Source of the DNA: Hormiphora californensis
Taxonomy: Eukaryota; Animalia; Ctenophora
Length of the DNA stretch: 64,000 nt
Assembly (NCBI GenBank): GCA_020137815.1
Contig: CM035350.1
Span: 4,712,001 to 4,776,000 of the forward strand
Direction: 5' to 3'
The notes below the pieces were generated by a model, which did no database searches, was not told the DNA's origin, and saw only the letters and a program-made list of their open reading frames with translations. The translations under genes were made by a program, and so were the position numbers. Of this stretch, positions 38,679 to 58,728 are shown piece by piece; position 1 is the stretch's first letter, and each line of letters starts with the position of its first letter.

Positions 38679-39822
38679 ATGGTCGGCATGAATAATGCGT
38701 GCAACAATACCTAACATCAAAAGTATATATCTCTCCATCTTCCTATCTCTCTCTTTCCCTCTTCCTCTCTTTATCTATCTTTCTCTCCCTCTATCTCCCT
38801 ATCTTGTACAGTTACGGTGGGTATCCGTGGGGTGGCCAACCTGACTGGAACAGATCAGTGGTGGGTCGGTGGACTGGAGAACCAGACAGCCCCTTTGTGA
38901 AGTCAGCAGAGGAGAGTGTTAGGGAGGCATTCGCATCGATTGAGTCAATTGTAACTGCTTTTACATCGGTAAGTAGGGGGTATAATACCACTAATTAACA
39001 TTGAAGTAGCACAAGTAATGACTCCCTAAATAATATCTAGGTAGCACAACTACTAGAGGCGACCTACAACTCTGTCCACAGCTCATTCCGGGCTGTTCTC
39101 TCAGTAGCAGATCACTTCAGTAAACTCAGACAGCAGCTTGTTAAAGTTCTACGGGGCTTTATGGTCCTCGGAATAGGACGCAGGTTAGTCCAGAAAAAAG
39201 CATCGGAAGTAGAAACTTTTACACTTTTATTGGAGTAAAACTTGTGTTTTTAAATTGTGAATAGGAATTAGGAGTCTTCGTATTAACAAGATAATACACC
39301 TGCCGATATTATTCTCTCTCCCCAACAGGGTATTTGAGCGGCTCTGGAACTGCCTCACCAAATCAGCTACCCCTCACGAGGCTGTACAGAATGTGGCCTG
39401 GGAAATGGCTAACCCACAAGGCCAACAAGACCTGTGGCCCTTTGTAACGTTTCTACTTGTAGTGTGTGTCGGGCCCTACTTCATTTATAAGATGTTCCCT
39501 GCGGATATTCAGGGGGAGGAGGGTGAGGACGGGGTGGATAATGAATCGGCCAGGGTACTGTTTTCCTATCGGGCCAGCAATCCAGATGAGGTAGGTTGTT
39601 TTATAGATGCTGTTTCCATGGTTACCATTTGGTGTTAAAATTGTGTTTCCATGGTTACCGTTAATTGGTAACAACTATTTCTCCCCCCTGTAGCTGTCAG
39701 TGATCGAGGGTTCGGAAGTGATAGTAGCCCCTTCCCATCTGCAACCTTCAATCCCAGGGTGGACTCTAGTTAGCTCGGACGGAGCAGTCGGACTCGTACC
39801 GGCCAATTATCTTGAAAACTGA
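38679..39822 (+). CDS. PEX13: Peroxisomal membrane protein PEX13 (start exon uncertain)
   Basis: SPFVKSAEESVREAFASIESIVTAFTSVAQLLEATY..VHSSFRAVLSVADHFSKLR, TM segment WPFVTFLLVVCVGPYFIYK, and C-terminal SH3 (ARVLFSYRASNPDELS..GW..GLVPANY). Confidence 0.88.
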
Positions 39823-40134
39823 TTTGAGAATTGAGGGTGCTTGGGGGTGCGTGTTTAATGTTTATTTGTTTGTTTTGCTTACTAAAATTGAGTGAAACCT
39901 ATCTTTGCTTGTGTATGTTTTTTTCGGGTTACAGTTTGCCCGCTTTTTCAGTTTGAATACTTTGTTTGAAATGACCGTTTTTCAAACTCTGAATGTGACC
40001 AATTCCCGTGCAATTTTTTCTGTAAATTTGTAAACTTTGTGCAATTTTTGGTCTGTTGTTTTTAACAAAAACATTTGAGTTGTTTCATTATTCCTACTCC
40101 ACAATCTCACACATAATCTAATCTCTTTAGTGGT

Positions 40135-47700
<7,566 letters not shown>

Positions 47701-49113
47701 ATGGAAATGCAATCAGACTTATTGAGTCTTTTAGACTTCTTACATCAGAGGATATAATGCGATCAGACTTCTTTTATTACGTTGCATGAAGATGCTGCCT
47801 AGCTGCTAGTGCATGGTATCGGACAGCAGGACAATGCCCCATCCCACAAACTAAGTGCTTGTAAATAGAGCCCCTGTCATCTGTCATTTTGGTCTAACGA
47901 ACCGTCACGGAGTGCGCTTTTATGAAATAAAATGACGGTGTGAGCCACAAATGTCATTTTCTAACAAAACAATATCGGTACTGCACCTTTAGCTCCCCTC
48001 TCCAGCCTATTTGTATTGTGTAGGGGTAGAACAATAATTGTCTGTCAGACTGCGGGGGGGGGGGGGGGGGGGGGGGGCTATTGTTATATCCTGCAACCAT
48101 ACTTTGTGGTTTTTGGTACTGCTTTGCTGTGGTCTGTCGTTGGCTTCCTCCCCCTTCACCGTCTGTCCCCCCCTTTTATTTAAATTTGCTCGCCCTGGAT
48201 CAGCGAGAGACTCTTAATGAGTGTATAGGAAGAGTGAGGGAGAGAGAGAGAGAGTGAGAGTGAGATAAGGGCCCATGTTGGGGGCCTGCGGGGTTTGTCG
48301 GCCCTCCTTACGTCATCCTCCATTATTCGCTTCAGCGAGAGACTCTTAATGACTAGGAAGAGTGAGGAGAAAGGTGGAAGAGAGATGAAGGGCGCGGGTG
48401 GCCCCTACACAAGCACTCAATACGTTAGATAATAGAGAGGAAAAAGAAAATGGTTCCCCGAATCGAGAGAGAAAGAGAGCAGCAGAGAGAGAGAAGAAGG
48501 GAAAGAGAGAGAAGAGAGAAGCAGAGAGGCGGGAGAGAGAGAGAGAGAGGGGAGAGAAGAGAGAAGCGACTCTCTACGCAGCTATCTTCTCTCTCACTCT
48601 CACTACTCTTCTCTCTCGCATTCTCTATTATCTCTTCCATGCCAGCATCTCTCTCTCTCTCTTCCCGCTCTCCCAACCCGCTTTTTTCTCGCTTCACACT
48701 CAGTGTACCCCTGCATTGCCTCTAAGCTTGCTTGCTATCACCCAATCTGTCCCTTTCATATCTTGAATCGGTTAAAGTGATGGACAGGTTCAAGGTGGCC
48801 GGACCCCTGTCCTCCTTTGTTCCATATATCAAGGTGTCCATTCACAGTAACGACCCAATCAAAGACACTATCCGCCGTGTATAGCCCGGTTTGAATGTCC
48901 CTAATTGCACCAATCAGTCTCACATTTCTCCTCAATATTCCAGACAGCTGCTCTTCTATCTTCTTCTTGCTCTTCACTCCTGTTACTTTCTCTCTCTCTC
49001 TTGTTTTGTGGGGGTTCCATGTTCGTATTGCTCGGTGAGATGTTTGGTGTCGAGTGTGTTATTATACAGGGTTGAGGAGCTCAGGGGGGACGGGAGCGCG
49101 GCTCTCCTGCTGA

Positions 49114-49170
49114 CCAATCAGAGCGCTGATCTGAGGTCACGTGACCTGTCTCATCCAATGACAGGGCGGT
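49114..49170. promoter_or_regulatory. CCAAT - palindromic E-box (AGGTCACGTGACCT) - CCAAT module
   Basis: CCAATCAG at 49114, E-box at 49134-49147, CCAAT at 49155. Function not demonstrated. Confidence 0.3.
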
Positions 49171-49884
49171 AAGGGGGGTAATTAATGACTCTTACCTGCC
49201 CGAACAGCCCTCAGGGAGGGTAGGGTAAAGTGAGTCCTCTTTCTTCACAGCTCTTCCTTGCTCTTCCGTGTCACAGCTATACTCTGATGATGATGATGAT
49301 GTGTGTGTGTGTGGGCTGTTGTTGGATAATCTGTTGCCGCCCGATAATCTGTTGCCGCCCATCTTGTGTAGATATTCCTGTTTGTAGCCTTCCCTTTCTG
49401 TTATGATTTTCCGGTACCTAGACTGCACAATTGATCTTTGCGACGCACAAATGTCTATCTTGCAGGTAGGGGGAGGTAAAGATAGACATAAAATAGAGAG
49501 AATGTTGACCACTAATCTAGTTTCGTGCTTGAAGGACGCAGCGGGACCCTTCAAAGAGAGGAGGACGGAGAATGGAGTTGTTGGTAGCCCCCCTCCCCCT
49601 CACTTGCTTCAGTGGAACAACTCATTGACCTTTGTTTTTGTGTGTCTATCCAGTCGTTGTCCTTCTATTGACAAGCAACCCTCTCTCCCATCACCCCTTT
49701 CCCGGCTTCGTTTGGGTGTGGTGTGTGTGTATTGGGGACAGAGAAAAGGGGAGAGAACGTTCACAAGCAAGCTTTTTATCCTCAACCACTTGACAGGTTA
49801 CACAGCCTTTTAGAACTGACCCGCCGGGCACTATATCTCTGATCTCTTGACTCTTTTGACTCTGCTCTCTCTCTCTCTGCTCTC

Positions 49885-49960
<76 letters not shown>

Positions 49961-50296
49961 TTCTCCTACCCTGTCAAGACTGGGTTGTGTGTCACTATCT
50001 CCCGTTTGCTGATTTGTTACCGGTACCCTAAACCTTGCTAAACCCTGATTCTCAGCCTTTCTGTCATTGCATGTGTCACCACCCCTAATTATCCTACTAT
50101 CTTCTCTCTCTCCTCTTCTCCCTCTCTCTTTTTCTCCCATTCTGTACATTCTTTGTGTGTAGTGTGTGTGTGTGTGATTAGTGTGTGGTGAGAGTGTACT
50201 TTGCCCTTTGTATTAGCTGTTGCTTGAGAAAACTGTTCTACCGCCCTAATCCTGATCTCTGGTGATGCTGTTTAGTCTACAAGGAAGCAAGATAGG

Positions 50297-50382
<86 letters not shown>

Positions 50383-50928
50383 TCTCTCTCTCTCCCTCTC
50401 TCTCTCTCTCTCCCTCTCTCTCTCTCTAATAGTAATGTTCCACAACAGCTATTGCAGCAGGATGAGAGAGATCATTGAGTTAGCGGTGTGTTCGGTTCAT
50501 TAGATTTGTTAGTCCGTCATGATGTTTCTGAGAGAGGGAGGGGAAGAAGAGGCCACTATCCTCAGGGCTGTCCGGCTGCTCTCTTGTCCAAATGGAGGGA
50601 GATGGAGAGAGAATCAGGGAGGGAGAGAGAATCAGGGAGAGAGAGAACAAATGCTACATCGCTTCAAGCAGTAAATAATGTCTCCATCTGGCCCTTCTAC
50701 CGGTATTATTTTACCAATCTCCTGTCAATTAGATACATCTTGTTTCACATCTCTCTCTCCTGTGACCGCTTTGTAAGTGCTGATCGTCACCAATATATCA
50801 TCCCATTGCTCTATGATCTGCTCCCGATCTACCTTCTACCCGGATCTATGAACTGTGAGGTCTGCTGGGCATGTGGTGGCTGATTAATAATGTATCTCGA
50901 CACCTTGCAACTGGTTTATAGAGCAATA

Positions 50929-50998
<70 letters not shown>

Positions 50999-51434
50999 AG
51001 AGAGAGAGAGAGTAAGAGAGAGAGAGAGAGAACTTCTTTTACATCACCCCCTGCAGTGGGTTCTGTGTAAAGTTTGTACATAGAAATTGACTTGCATGAC
51101 ACTACTTTTTTATACTTGTGTATAATGTAAATATAATTTAAATCTTAGTTTCACCTTTTTATATTCCTAGTCTGAATTACTGACTCCCCTAATCAACCCT
51201 GCTCTTTCTATTTCCCTGTATATTTCTTCAGAATTCTACATTCCTCCGAACCCCCCCCCCCCCCCAATACAGGTATCACTATAAGTACCGGGGCGCGGGA
51301 AACAGGGTCGAGCAAGGCAACCACTAACCCCACTGCTCTCTTCTATAGCTAATGGTGTAGTGTTGGGGTTTGCTAAAAGAGTGCATGTACAAATGGGGTA
51401 TGGAAGAAGACAGTCAGGTATGTGTGACAGCTTT

Positions 51435-51830
51435 TAATCAATGATAAACCACAAATACCAATTGAATATTGATAAACCCCCAAATACCAATTGATAAACC
51501 CCCAAATATCAATTGATAAACCACAAATACCAATTGATAAACCACAAATACCAATTGATAAACCCCCAAATACCAATTGATAAACCCCCAAATACCAATT
51601 GATAAACCCCCAAATACCAATTGATAAACCCCCAAATACCAATTGATAAACCACAAATACCAATTGACAAACCCCAAATAAGAATTGATAAACCCCAAAT
51701 ACCAATTGATAAACCCCAAATACCAATTGATAAACCCCAAATACCAATTGATAAACCCCAAATACCAATTGACAAACCCCAAATACCAATTGATAAACCC
51801 CTAAATACCAATTGAAAAACCCCAATATAC
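51435..51830. repeat. 21-22-bp minisatellite (AAATACCAATTGATAAACCCC)n
   Basis: About 18 tandem units are directly visible. Confidence 0.95.
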
Positions 51831-51853
51831 CAACTGCAATTCCCATTTCCCAG

Positions 51854-52025
51854 GAGTTTATGCGAGATCTTCAAGACTTCTTCCTGCCATACTCAACTGC
51901 CGATGCCGATCAGGAAGTCCTTCTCGACCTAACTCTCCAATACTTCACCCTCTTACGCCTCACTTACAAAATCACACAGGTACTGCATCAGAGATGATTG
52001 AAAAATACACAAGCATTTCTCTCTC

Positions 52026-52085
<60 letters not shown>

Positions 52086-54182
52086 TCCCTCTCCCTCTCT
52101 CTCCCTCACCTCAACCCCCCCCCCAATTGCAGCAACCATGGGGAGAGTACGACGAGTATTCAGATCATGTTATGAGCTTGTTGTACTACATAGAGGGATA
52201 CAAGAATTGCATGAACGATACCCTGGAATATCTTCGGGTAAGAAACCGTGTGCTTTCTCTCCTCCCTTCATGGGTAACGAAGTTAGCCCAACCCCCCGCC
52301 TCGCCCCGTTTTCTCTTATCTTGTGCATGAGCAGATTAGGGCAAGAAAAACAAGTCGCTTCAAGAATATATTTGCGACATGTGCATTGTGCATTAACAAT
52401 GAAATGAATAAGTTATAACTTATCTACAAACGGTTCAGTCCTCTGTACAGTCTCTCTCTTCTCGAATAAATATCACTCATCAATAGTCTCCCATCTTACT
52501 CTTCAGCAGCTGAGTAACCGTCCAACTGTCCGTCTGAACAATCCTCTCTTTCTCGATAGTGTTTTCTCTGGTAAATCTTCGTGATCATTAACAATAAACC
52601 AGCCATCTTCGAACTCGTTGTTTCGCAGCCGGTGCGCCCTGTTCCTGCTCAAGTTATCCTGACATAAAAAGTAACTGATAGCAGATCCGAACCGCTGACT
52701 CTCTCCCGTCAGTTCACCTCTCATATTAGGGACCAGTAGACCGTGCAGCAGCATTCTCTGGGCTACCTCCTCTAGCTCTACGGAACTTGTATAGATCCCA
52801 CAATCCCCTATTAGTTTGAGTAGGGCGAGTTTTGGTAGTTCCACCAGGGGTTCCTGTGTTATCAGATTGGCAATAGCACGGCATTCCCTCTCGTCCTCGG
52901 CTAGGTCCCGAGCAACATGTCGCTGATCTAGTGAGGTCCTGTAGCAGACAGAAGAGGCAGAGAAACTGTCAATGTATCTCATAACAGGGACGATGTGTCC
53001 CTCCTTGTAGTGTCTCTGTACTGCATCCATGACCTCACTACCACTCAGACTCGGGTCACTCTTCTCTTTTATCAGGTTGTAGAACTCCTGACCATGGAAA
53101 CAATTCCTCTCTTGGTTCCTGGGGGAGGGGGGGTGTGTTAGGGGAAATAGTGTTTAGACACTAGTTAGCAAGACTCTAGGATCCCCAGAATATAAAGCTA
53201 CATCTCCTCTCCTGTAGCTATGATAGGAAGCTGAAAGCACACTTACCGTCTAAATATGAAAATATCTCGTTTCAAGTCCGTCACAAGATGGTCAATCTCT
53301 CTCTCCAGCTCCCTGGCTCTCCTCCGAAGACTGCCACTCGATCTTCTAAAATTATTACTTCCCCTGCTTCTCGTTGACATAGGTGGGCTCCCGTCCATTA
53401 TTACAGTGTACGTGTAAAACTGGTAAAGCAAAGTAGAATCGTAATATAATATGCAGGCTGCCTTTGTACGGGGTATTTATATGATACTGCAGGGTGTCCT
53501 CCCCCCCCCCCCCCCGCGTGAGACCGAACTAGAAAGTGCTTCTCTTTCGGCTCCTTATCAAACATGAACTGTTATGGAACGTCACAAGTGACAATTATCT
53601 TTACAAAACCTGTGTACTTTTTGGAAGAAGTTCAAAAGTATTGCACTTCCGTATACCAGTACCAGCCCTATATAGCTTATATTTTTATTTCCAATTCCCC
53701 GAAAAATTACTTCACTCCCCCGTGTTTCTTTGGGTCCCTCAGAGGGACTCCCTCTTACACCAAACCCCGGCCCTATCATAAATTCATGCTACACACTAAC
53801 AAATCATCCGTGCCCTCCCCCTAGTCTCCTCCCCCTCTCTTTTGTCTTCAAACTAACCCCCTCTTCTCCAATCTAACACCCTTTTCTCCAATCTAACCCT
53901 CTCTTCTCCAATCTAACCCCCTCTTCTCCAATCTAACCCTCATTTTCCCTGTTGCAGGAAACGTTAGCGATGGAGGAGTTATCAGAACCAGTTTGCAACA
54001 TGAAGAACCACATCATTAACCACATAGCGGAGCTACTACACCAACACCTGGGAACCTGTCCCCAGGTGGTCCTCCTTGAGCTGTGCGATCCGTACCTGCC
54101 AGAAACCTACCGGCTCTGCAATAATCCCCACTTAGCAGCGGCTGAAGGGCCCCCTGGTGAGGCGCCTGGGGAGCCAACTTGA
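51854..54182 (+). CDS. Degenerate HLH + Orange-domain (Hairy/HEY-related) protein; 5' exons uncertain (possible ATG at 50678)
   Basis: In-frame phase-0 exons 51854-51979 (EFMRDLQDFFLP..DQEVLLDLTLQYF, HLH-like), 52133-52237 and 53958-54182 (YYIEGYKNCMNDTLEYLRETLAMEELSEPVCNMKNHI, Orange-like); no WRPW/YRPW. Confidence 0.55.
52503..53398 (-). CDS. Tandem DEP-domain-like protein (255 aa), 2 exons, nested antisense
   Basis: Exons 53398-53247 and 53118-52503 join in frame. RNCFHGQEFYNLI..EVMDAVQRHYKEGHIVPV..F..SSVCYR and LEEVAQRMLLHGLLVP resemble DEP domains. Confidence 0.65.
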
Positions 54183-54674
54183 GGGATCGTTGTGTGTCAG
54201 ATGAAATGAGATATATCTTGAGGGTCCTATACTCAGAAGCAGTAGCTATGAAGTGATAGAGATGATGACGAGAGAAAGGGAGATGATGATATTGATAAGC
54301 TAGGAAAGGGACTAGAATGTAGTCGAGGAAAAGCTAACGATCTGCAACAATGACAATATAGAGACACATATATATTGACAAACTCCCACGCACCTTGACA
54401 TTTAACCCCCTAAATTATTATATTTGTTAATGCGTTGTTAATTTGTCGTTTTATACGGTATTTGTATATTACATACCACCACTGGCGGATTTGGAATTTT
54501 TTAAAGATCCCAAATTGAGATGAATTGTTTTAGTGTTCAATATTAGTTGACATAAACCCAAAATCAACCGACATTAGAGTGACTCTCATAGAGTGACTCT
54601 CATTCCATTCTCTCTTTCTGGGTTTATGTGAACTGAATTCAATAAAAGATTGGTACACCACGCCATATCATTAT

Positions 54675-55480
54675 CCACAACAACCTGTGTTTCATAGCAA
54701 CCTGTGTGTTCCATAGCAACCTGTGTTACACAGCAACCTGTGTTCCATAGCAACCTTTGTGTCCCATAGCAACCTGTGTGTTCCATAGCAACCTGTGTTC
54801 CATAGCAACCTGTGTTCCATAGCAACCTGTGTGTTCCATAGCAACCTGTTCGTTCCAATTCCATTGTACCACTACTGACTACGGTGTTACTATGAGCCTT
54901 TACGTTATGTGTAAACAAGAGTGTTACTATTTACATAGCAACCGGTGTTCCATAGCAACCGGGTTTCCATATCAACCGGTGTTCCATAGCAACCGGTGTT
55001 ACACAACAACCGGTGTTCCATAGCAACATATTCGTTCCAATTCCATAGCAACCTGTGTTTCATAGCAACCTGTGTTCCATAGCAACCGGTGTTCCATAGC
55101 AACCTGTGTGTTCCATAGCAACCTATGTGTTCCATAGTAGCCTGTGTTCGGGTGTTCCATAGCAACATGTTTTCCATAGCAACCGGTGTGTTCCATAGTA
55201 ACATGTGTTCCATAGTAACATGTGTGTTCCATAGCAACCTGTGGGCTGTCTGGCGCCGCGGACCCCATGATCTGACTCTGAGCTTGGTGATGACATCCCC
55301 TATGATTTTCCCATTGAAGTGGCATTAAAGATCGGGTCGGCGCCGCCAGACAGCTGGAACTAACTTAGTTGTGTGTTTCTTAACAACCTTTGTGTCCCAT
55401 AGCAACCTGTGTTCCATAGCAACTATGTTCCATAGCAACCGGTGTGTTCCATAGCAACCGGTGTGTTCCATAGCAACCTG
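54675..55480. repeat. 17-19-bp minisatellite (GTGTTCCATAGCAACCT)n interleaved with a duplicated ~120-bp hairpin unit
   Basis: Dozens of units. GCTGTCTG...CAGACAGC inverted-end units occur at ~55245-55355 and ~55484-55595. Confidence 0.9.
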
Positions 55481-55707
55481 TGGGCTGTCTGACTCCGCGG
55501 CGCGGACCCCATCTGAGCTTGGTGATGACATGATGTCATTGACATCCCCTATTATTGTAGTGGCATTACAGATCGGGTCGGCGCCGCCAGACAGCTGGAA
55601 CTAACTAGTTGACTAACTAGTTGACAGTATACTGTACTGACAGTATATCCTGTATTCCTGTTCCGCCTTCATATCCAGGAAGATAAGAAGATTATGTGAC
55701 TGTCTGG

Positions 55708-56384
55708 TTGGTGACATTGACACCTAGTGCGTGCGAGATCGAGGTCGCGCAGCGACCGAGATCGAGCTCGCACATAGGTGTCCGCTCCGCCTCCTAAAAA
55801 AGGGTCGTGTCTTTCAAGCCAAATTGCACGTGATCCACTGGACCGATTTGCATCCGGTTTGTCGCAAAAGACTACAAATTGGTCCTAGTTTACTGGAAAA
55901 TACCCGAGAAGTTTGTCTGTCAACAGGAAGTGGGTCAAAATTGACACTGAAGTCAAATCTATAATCTGGCTTCCGAGCCTTTTTGCACCACTCCCAGACG
56001 GTGTAGAATGAATCTGAGGGTATCAGAAGATAGGTTGAACTCTTGTGAGTACTGGAAAATACCCGGCATTAATAGCTGATGCTAATTGCATCAACATATC
56101 TCCCAATATCTTCTAAATCGCATGGGCGTAGTGCAGAAACTCTCGGAAGCCAGATTATAGGTTTGACTTCAGTGTCAATTTTGACCCATTTTCTGTTGAC
56201 AGACAAACTTCTCGGGTATTTTCCAGTATATTAGGATCATTTGTAGTCTTTTGCGACAAACCGGATGCAAATCGGTCCAGTGGATCGCGTGCAGCATCCC
56301 TTGAAAGAAACGACCCTTTTTGAGGCGGAGCAGACACCTGTGTGTGAGCTCAATCCTGGTCGCGCACGGTGTCTATGTCACCAA
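55708..56384. mobile_element. Non-autonomous Mutator/foldback-like element
   Basis: ~270-bp imperfect TIRs starting TTGGTGACAT and ending ATGTCACCAA; perfect 9-bp TSD ACTGTCTGG (55699-55707, 56385-56393). Confidence 0.88.
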
Positions 56385-56414
56385 ACTGTCTGGCACCGCC
56401 ACACCCCGTTTTAG

Positions 56415-56728
56415 TATAGGGCTATCTCAAAATGGGGTAAAAGTTCAGTATTTACACAGCGTTTAGTCGTTTACAATTACATGCAGTCTTTACACAGTCG
56501 TTACACCCAGAGCGCCCGCGCCGCTCTGGGTGTAAAGACTGCGTCTTTCGCACTCGATTTGCAGCGTTTTCGGAATTTTTTTTCGCCGCAGCGCTCAATT
56601 TACTCAATTGTGCAGCACACAATCCAATATTTTCTTAGAAAAAGCCGCAAAACGCAGCACGCGCCGCTCTGGGTGTAACGACTGTGTAAACGCTGTGTAA
56701 ATACTGAACTTTTTTAGGGATCCCTATA
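56415..56728. mobile_element. MITE with TATAGGG...CCCTATA ends
   Basis: Inverted AAAAGTTCAGTATTTACACAGCGTTT / AAACGCTGTGTAAATACTGAACTTTT, plus internal ACACCCAGAGCG inverted repeats. Confidence 0.75.
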
Positions 56729-57086
56729 GTCATTCTGATTCACAAACAAAATAAAACAGACAAATTTTGCAAAGCCACAAACTATAAATTCAATATAAAC
56801 AATGCAATAGCACTAGCAGCAACATGTTTTGGGAGTAAACACTCGTTCTGACGAACAAGAACATAGCGAGGGTAAGATACCCATCGAAATGAATTCGATA
56901 GGTCTCCGCCCCGGCTATAACCTGTCAGAGCATTGGCCTGACAGGCTATAACTGCACACGTGACACTCCCAAAATCTAAATTCTAAACTATCTGCTCATC
57001 TTTTTCGCTTTCTATAACGCACACACTCCCATCTATATTATCACAAAAAACATCCAATAAACATATATTTTCAAGATCAAATATTC

Positions 57087-58728
57087 GGTAGTATGGTAGT
57101 TAAGGTCGTGCGCACTTTTTGGCGCCATTTGGCGCCATTTTGGCGCCATTTTGGCGCCACGTGGCGATATTTTAGCGCCAAATGGCGCCAAAATTTGGCG
57201 ACTGCGCACAACCGCCAATTTGGCGCCAAAATGGCGCCAAGTTGGCGATTTTTTGGCGCCACGTGGCGCCAAGTGGCGCCACGTGGCGATGGTAAATCGC
57301 CAAGTGTTGGCGGTATTTGGCGGTACCGCCACGTGGCGATGCGAATTTGTCTGAATAAACTGTGTCCATCGCCAAGTGGCGCCAAATTGGCGCCAAATTG
57401 GCGATAGTACCTAAAATTCCAAATATTCATAACGTCTATCAGAGGAATTCCCATCGCCAAGTGGCGCCAAATGGCGCCATGTGGCGCCAATTTGGCGCTA
57501 AATTGGCGATTAGATACAAATCGCCAACTTAGCGCCAAATTGGCGCCAAATTGGCGCTGCTTGGCGATTGCCGCCAACTTAGCGCCAATTTGGCGCCAAA
57601 TGGCGCTGCTTGGCGCCAATTTGGCGCCAAATTGGCGATTGGACACAAATCGCCAACTTAGCGCTGCTTGGCGATTGCCGCCAACTTAGCGCCAATTTGG
57701 CGCCAAAATGGCGATTGACGCCAAATTAGCGCCAATTTGGCGCCAAATGGCGCTGCTTGGCGCCAATTTAGCGCCAAATTGGCGATTGGACACAAATCGC
57801 CAACTTAGCGCCAAATTGGCGCCAAAATGGCGATTGGCGCCAAATTAGCGCCAATTTGGCGCCAAATGGCGCTGCTTGGCGCCAATTTAGCGCCAAATTG
57901 GCGATTGGACACAAATCGCCAACTTAGCGCCAAATTGGCGCCAAAATGGCGATTGGCGCCAAATTAGCGCCAATTTGGCGCCAAATGGCGCTGCTTGGCG
58001 CCAAATTAGCGCCAAATTGGCGATTGGATACAAATCGCCAATTTAGCGCTAAGTTGGCGATTTGTATCCAATCGCCAATTTGGCGCTAAATTGGCGCCAA
58101 GTAGCGCCATTTGGCGCCAAATTGGCGCTAAATTGGCGCCAGTCGCCAAATTGGCGCCAATTTGGCGCTAAGTTGGCGATTTGTATCCAATCGCCAATTT
58201 GGCGCTAAATTGGCGCTAAGCAGCGCCACTTGGCGCCAAATTGGCGCCCATCGCCAAGCAGCGCCAATTTGGCGCCAATTTGGCGCCAAGATTGCGCCAA
58301 AGAGGTGGTTAATTTCCGCTTCTGAACGTTCCCACTCGCCAAGTGGCGCCAATTTGGCGCCAATTTGGCGCCAAGAGTGAAAAGTACATGGCGCCAATTT
58401 GGCGCCAATTTGGCGCCACTTGGCGATGGACACAGTTTATTCAGACAAATTCGCATCGCCACGTGGCGGTACCGCCAAATACCGCCAACACTTGGCGATT
58501 TACCATCGCCACGTGGCGCCACTTGGCGCCACGTGGCGCCATTTGGCGCCAAAAAATCGCCAACTTGGCGCCATTTTGGCGCCAAATTGGCGGTTGTGCG
58601 CAGTCGCCAAATTTTGGCGCCATTTGGCGCTAAAATATCGCCACGTGGCGCCACGTAGCGCCAAAATGGCGCCAATTTGGCGCCAAATGGCGCCAAAAAG
58701 TGCGCACGACCTTAACTACCATACTACC
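57087..58728. mobile_element. 1.64-kb foldback DNA element (Merlin- or MULE-like) composed of TTGGCGCCAA repeats
   Basis: Termini GGTAGTATGGTAGTTAAGGTCGTGCGCAC / GTGCGCACGACCTTAACTACCATACTACC; 8-bp TSD AAATATTC (57079-57086, 58729-58736); the arms invert around ~58048. Confidence 0.88.

Noticed and set aside
48756-49554. Minus-strand ORFs as a spliced gene
   Set aside because: Joining the apparent GT-AG exons hits a stop within 10 codons, and no family is recognisable.
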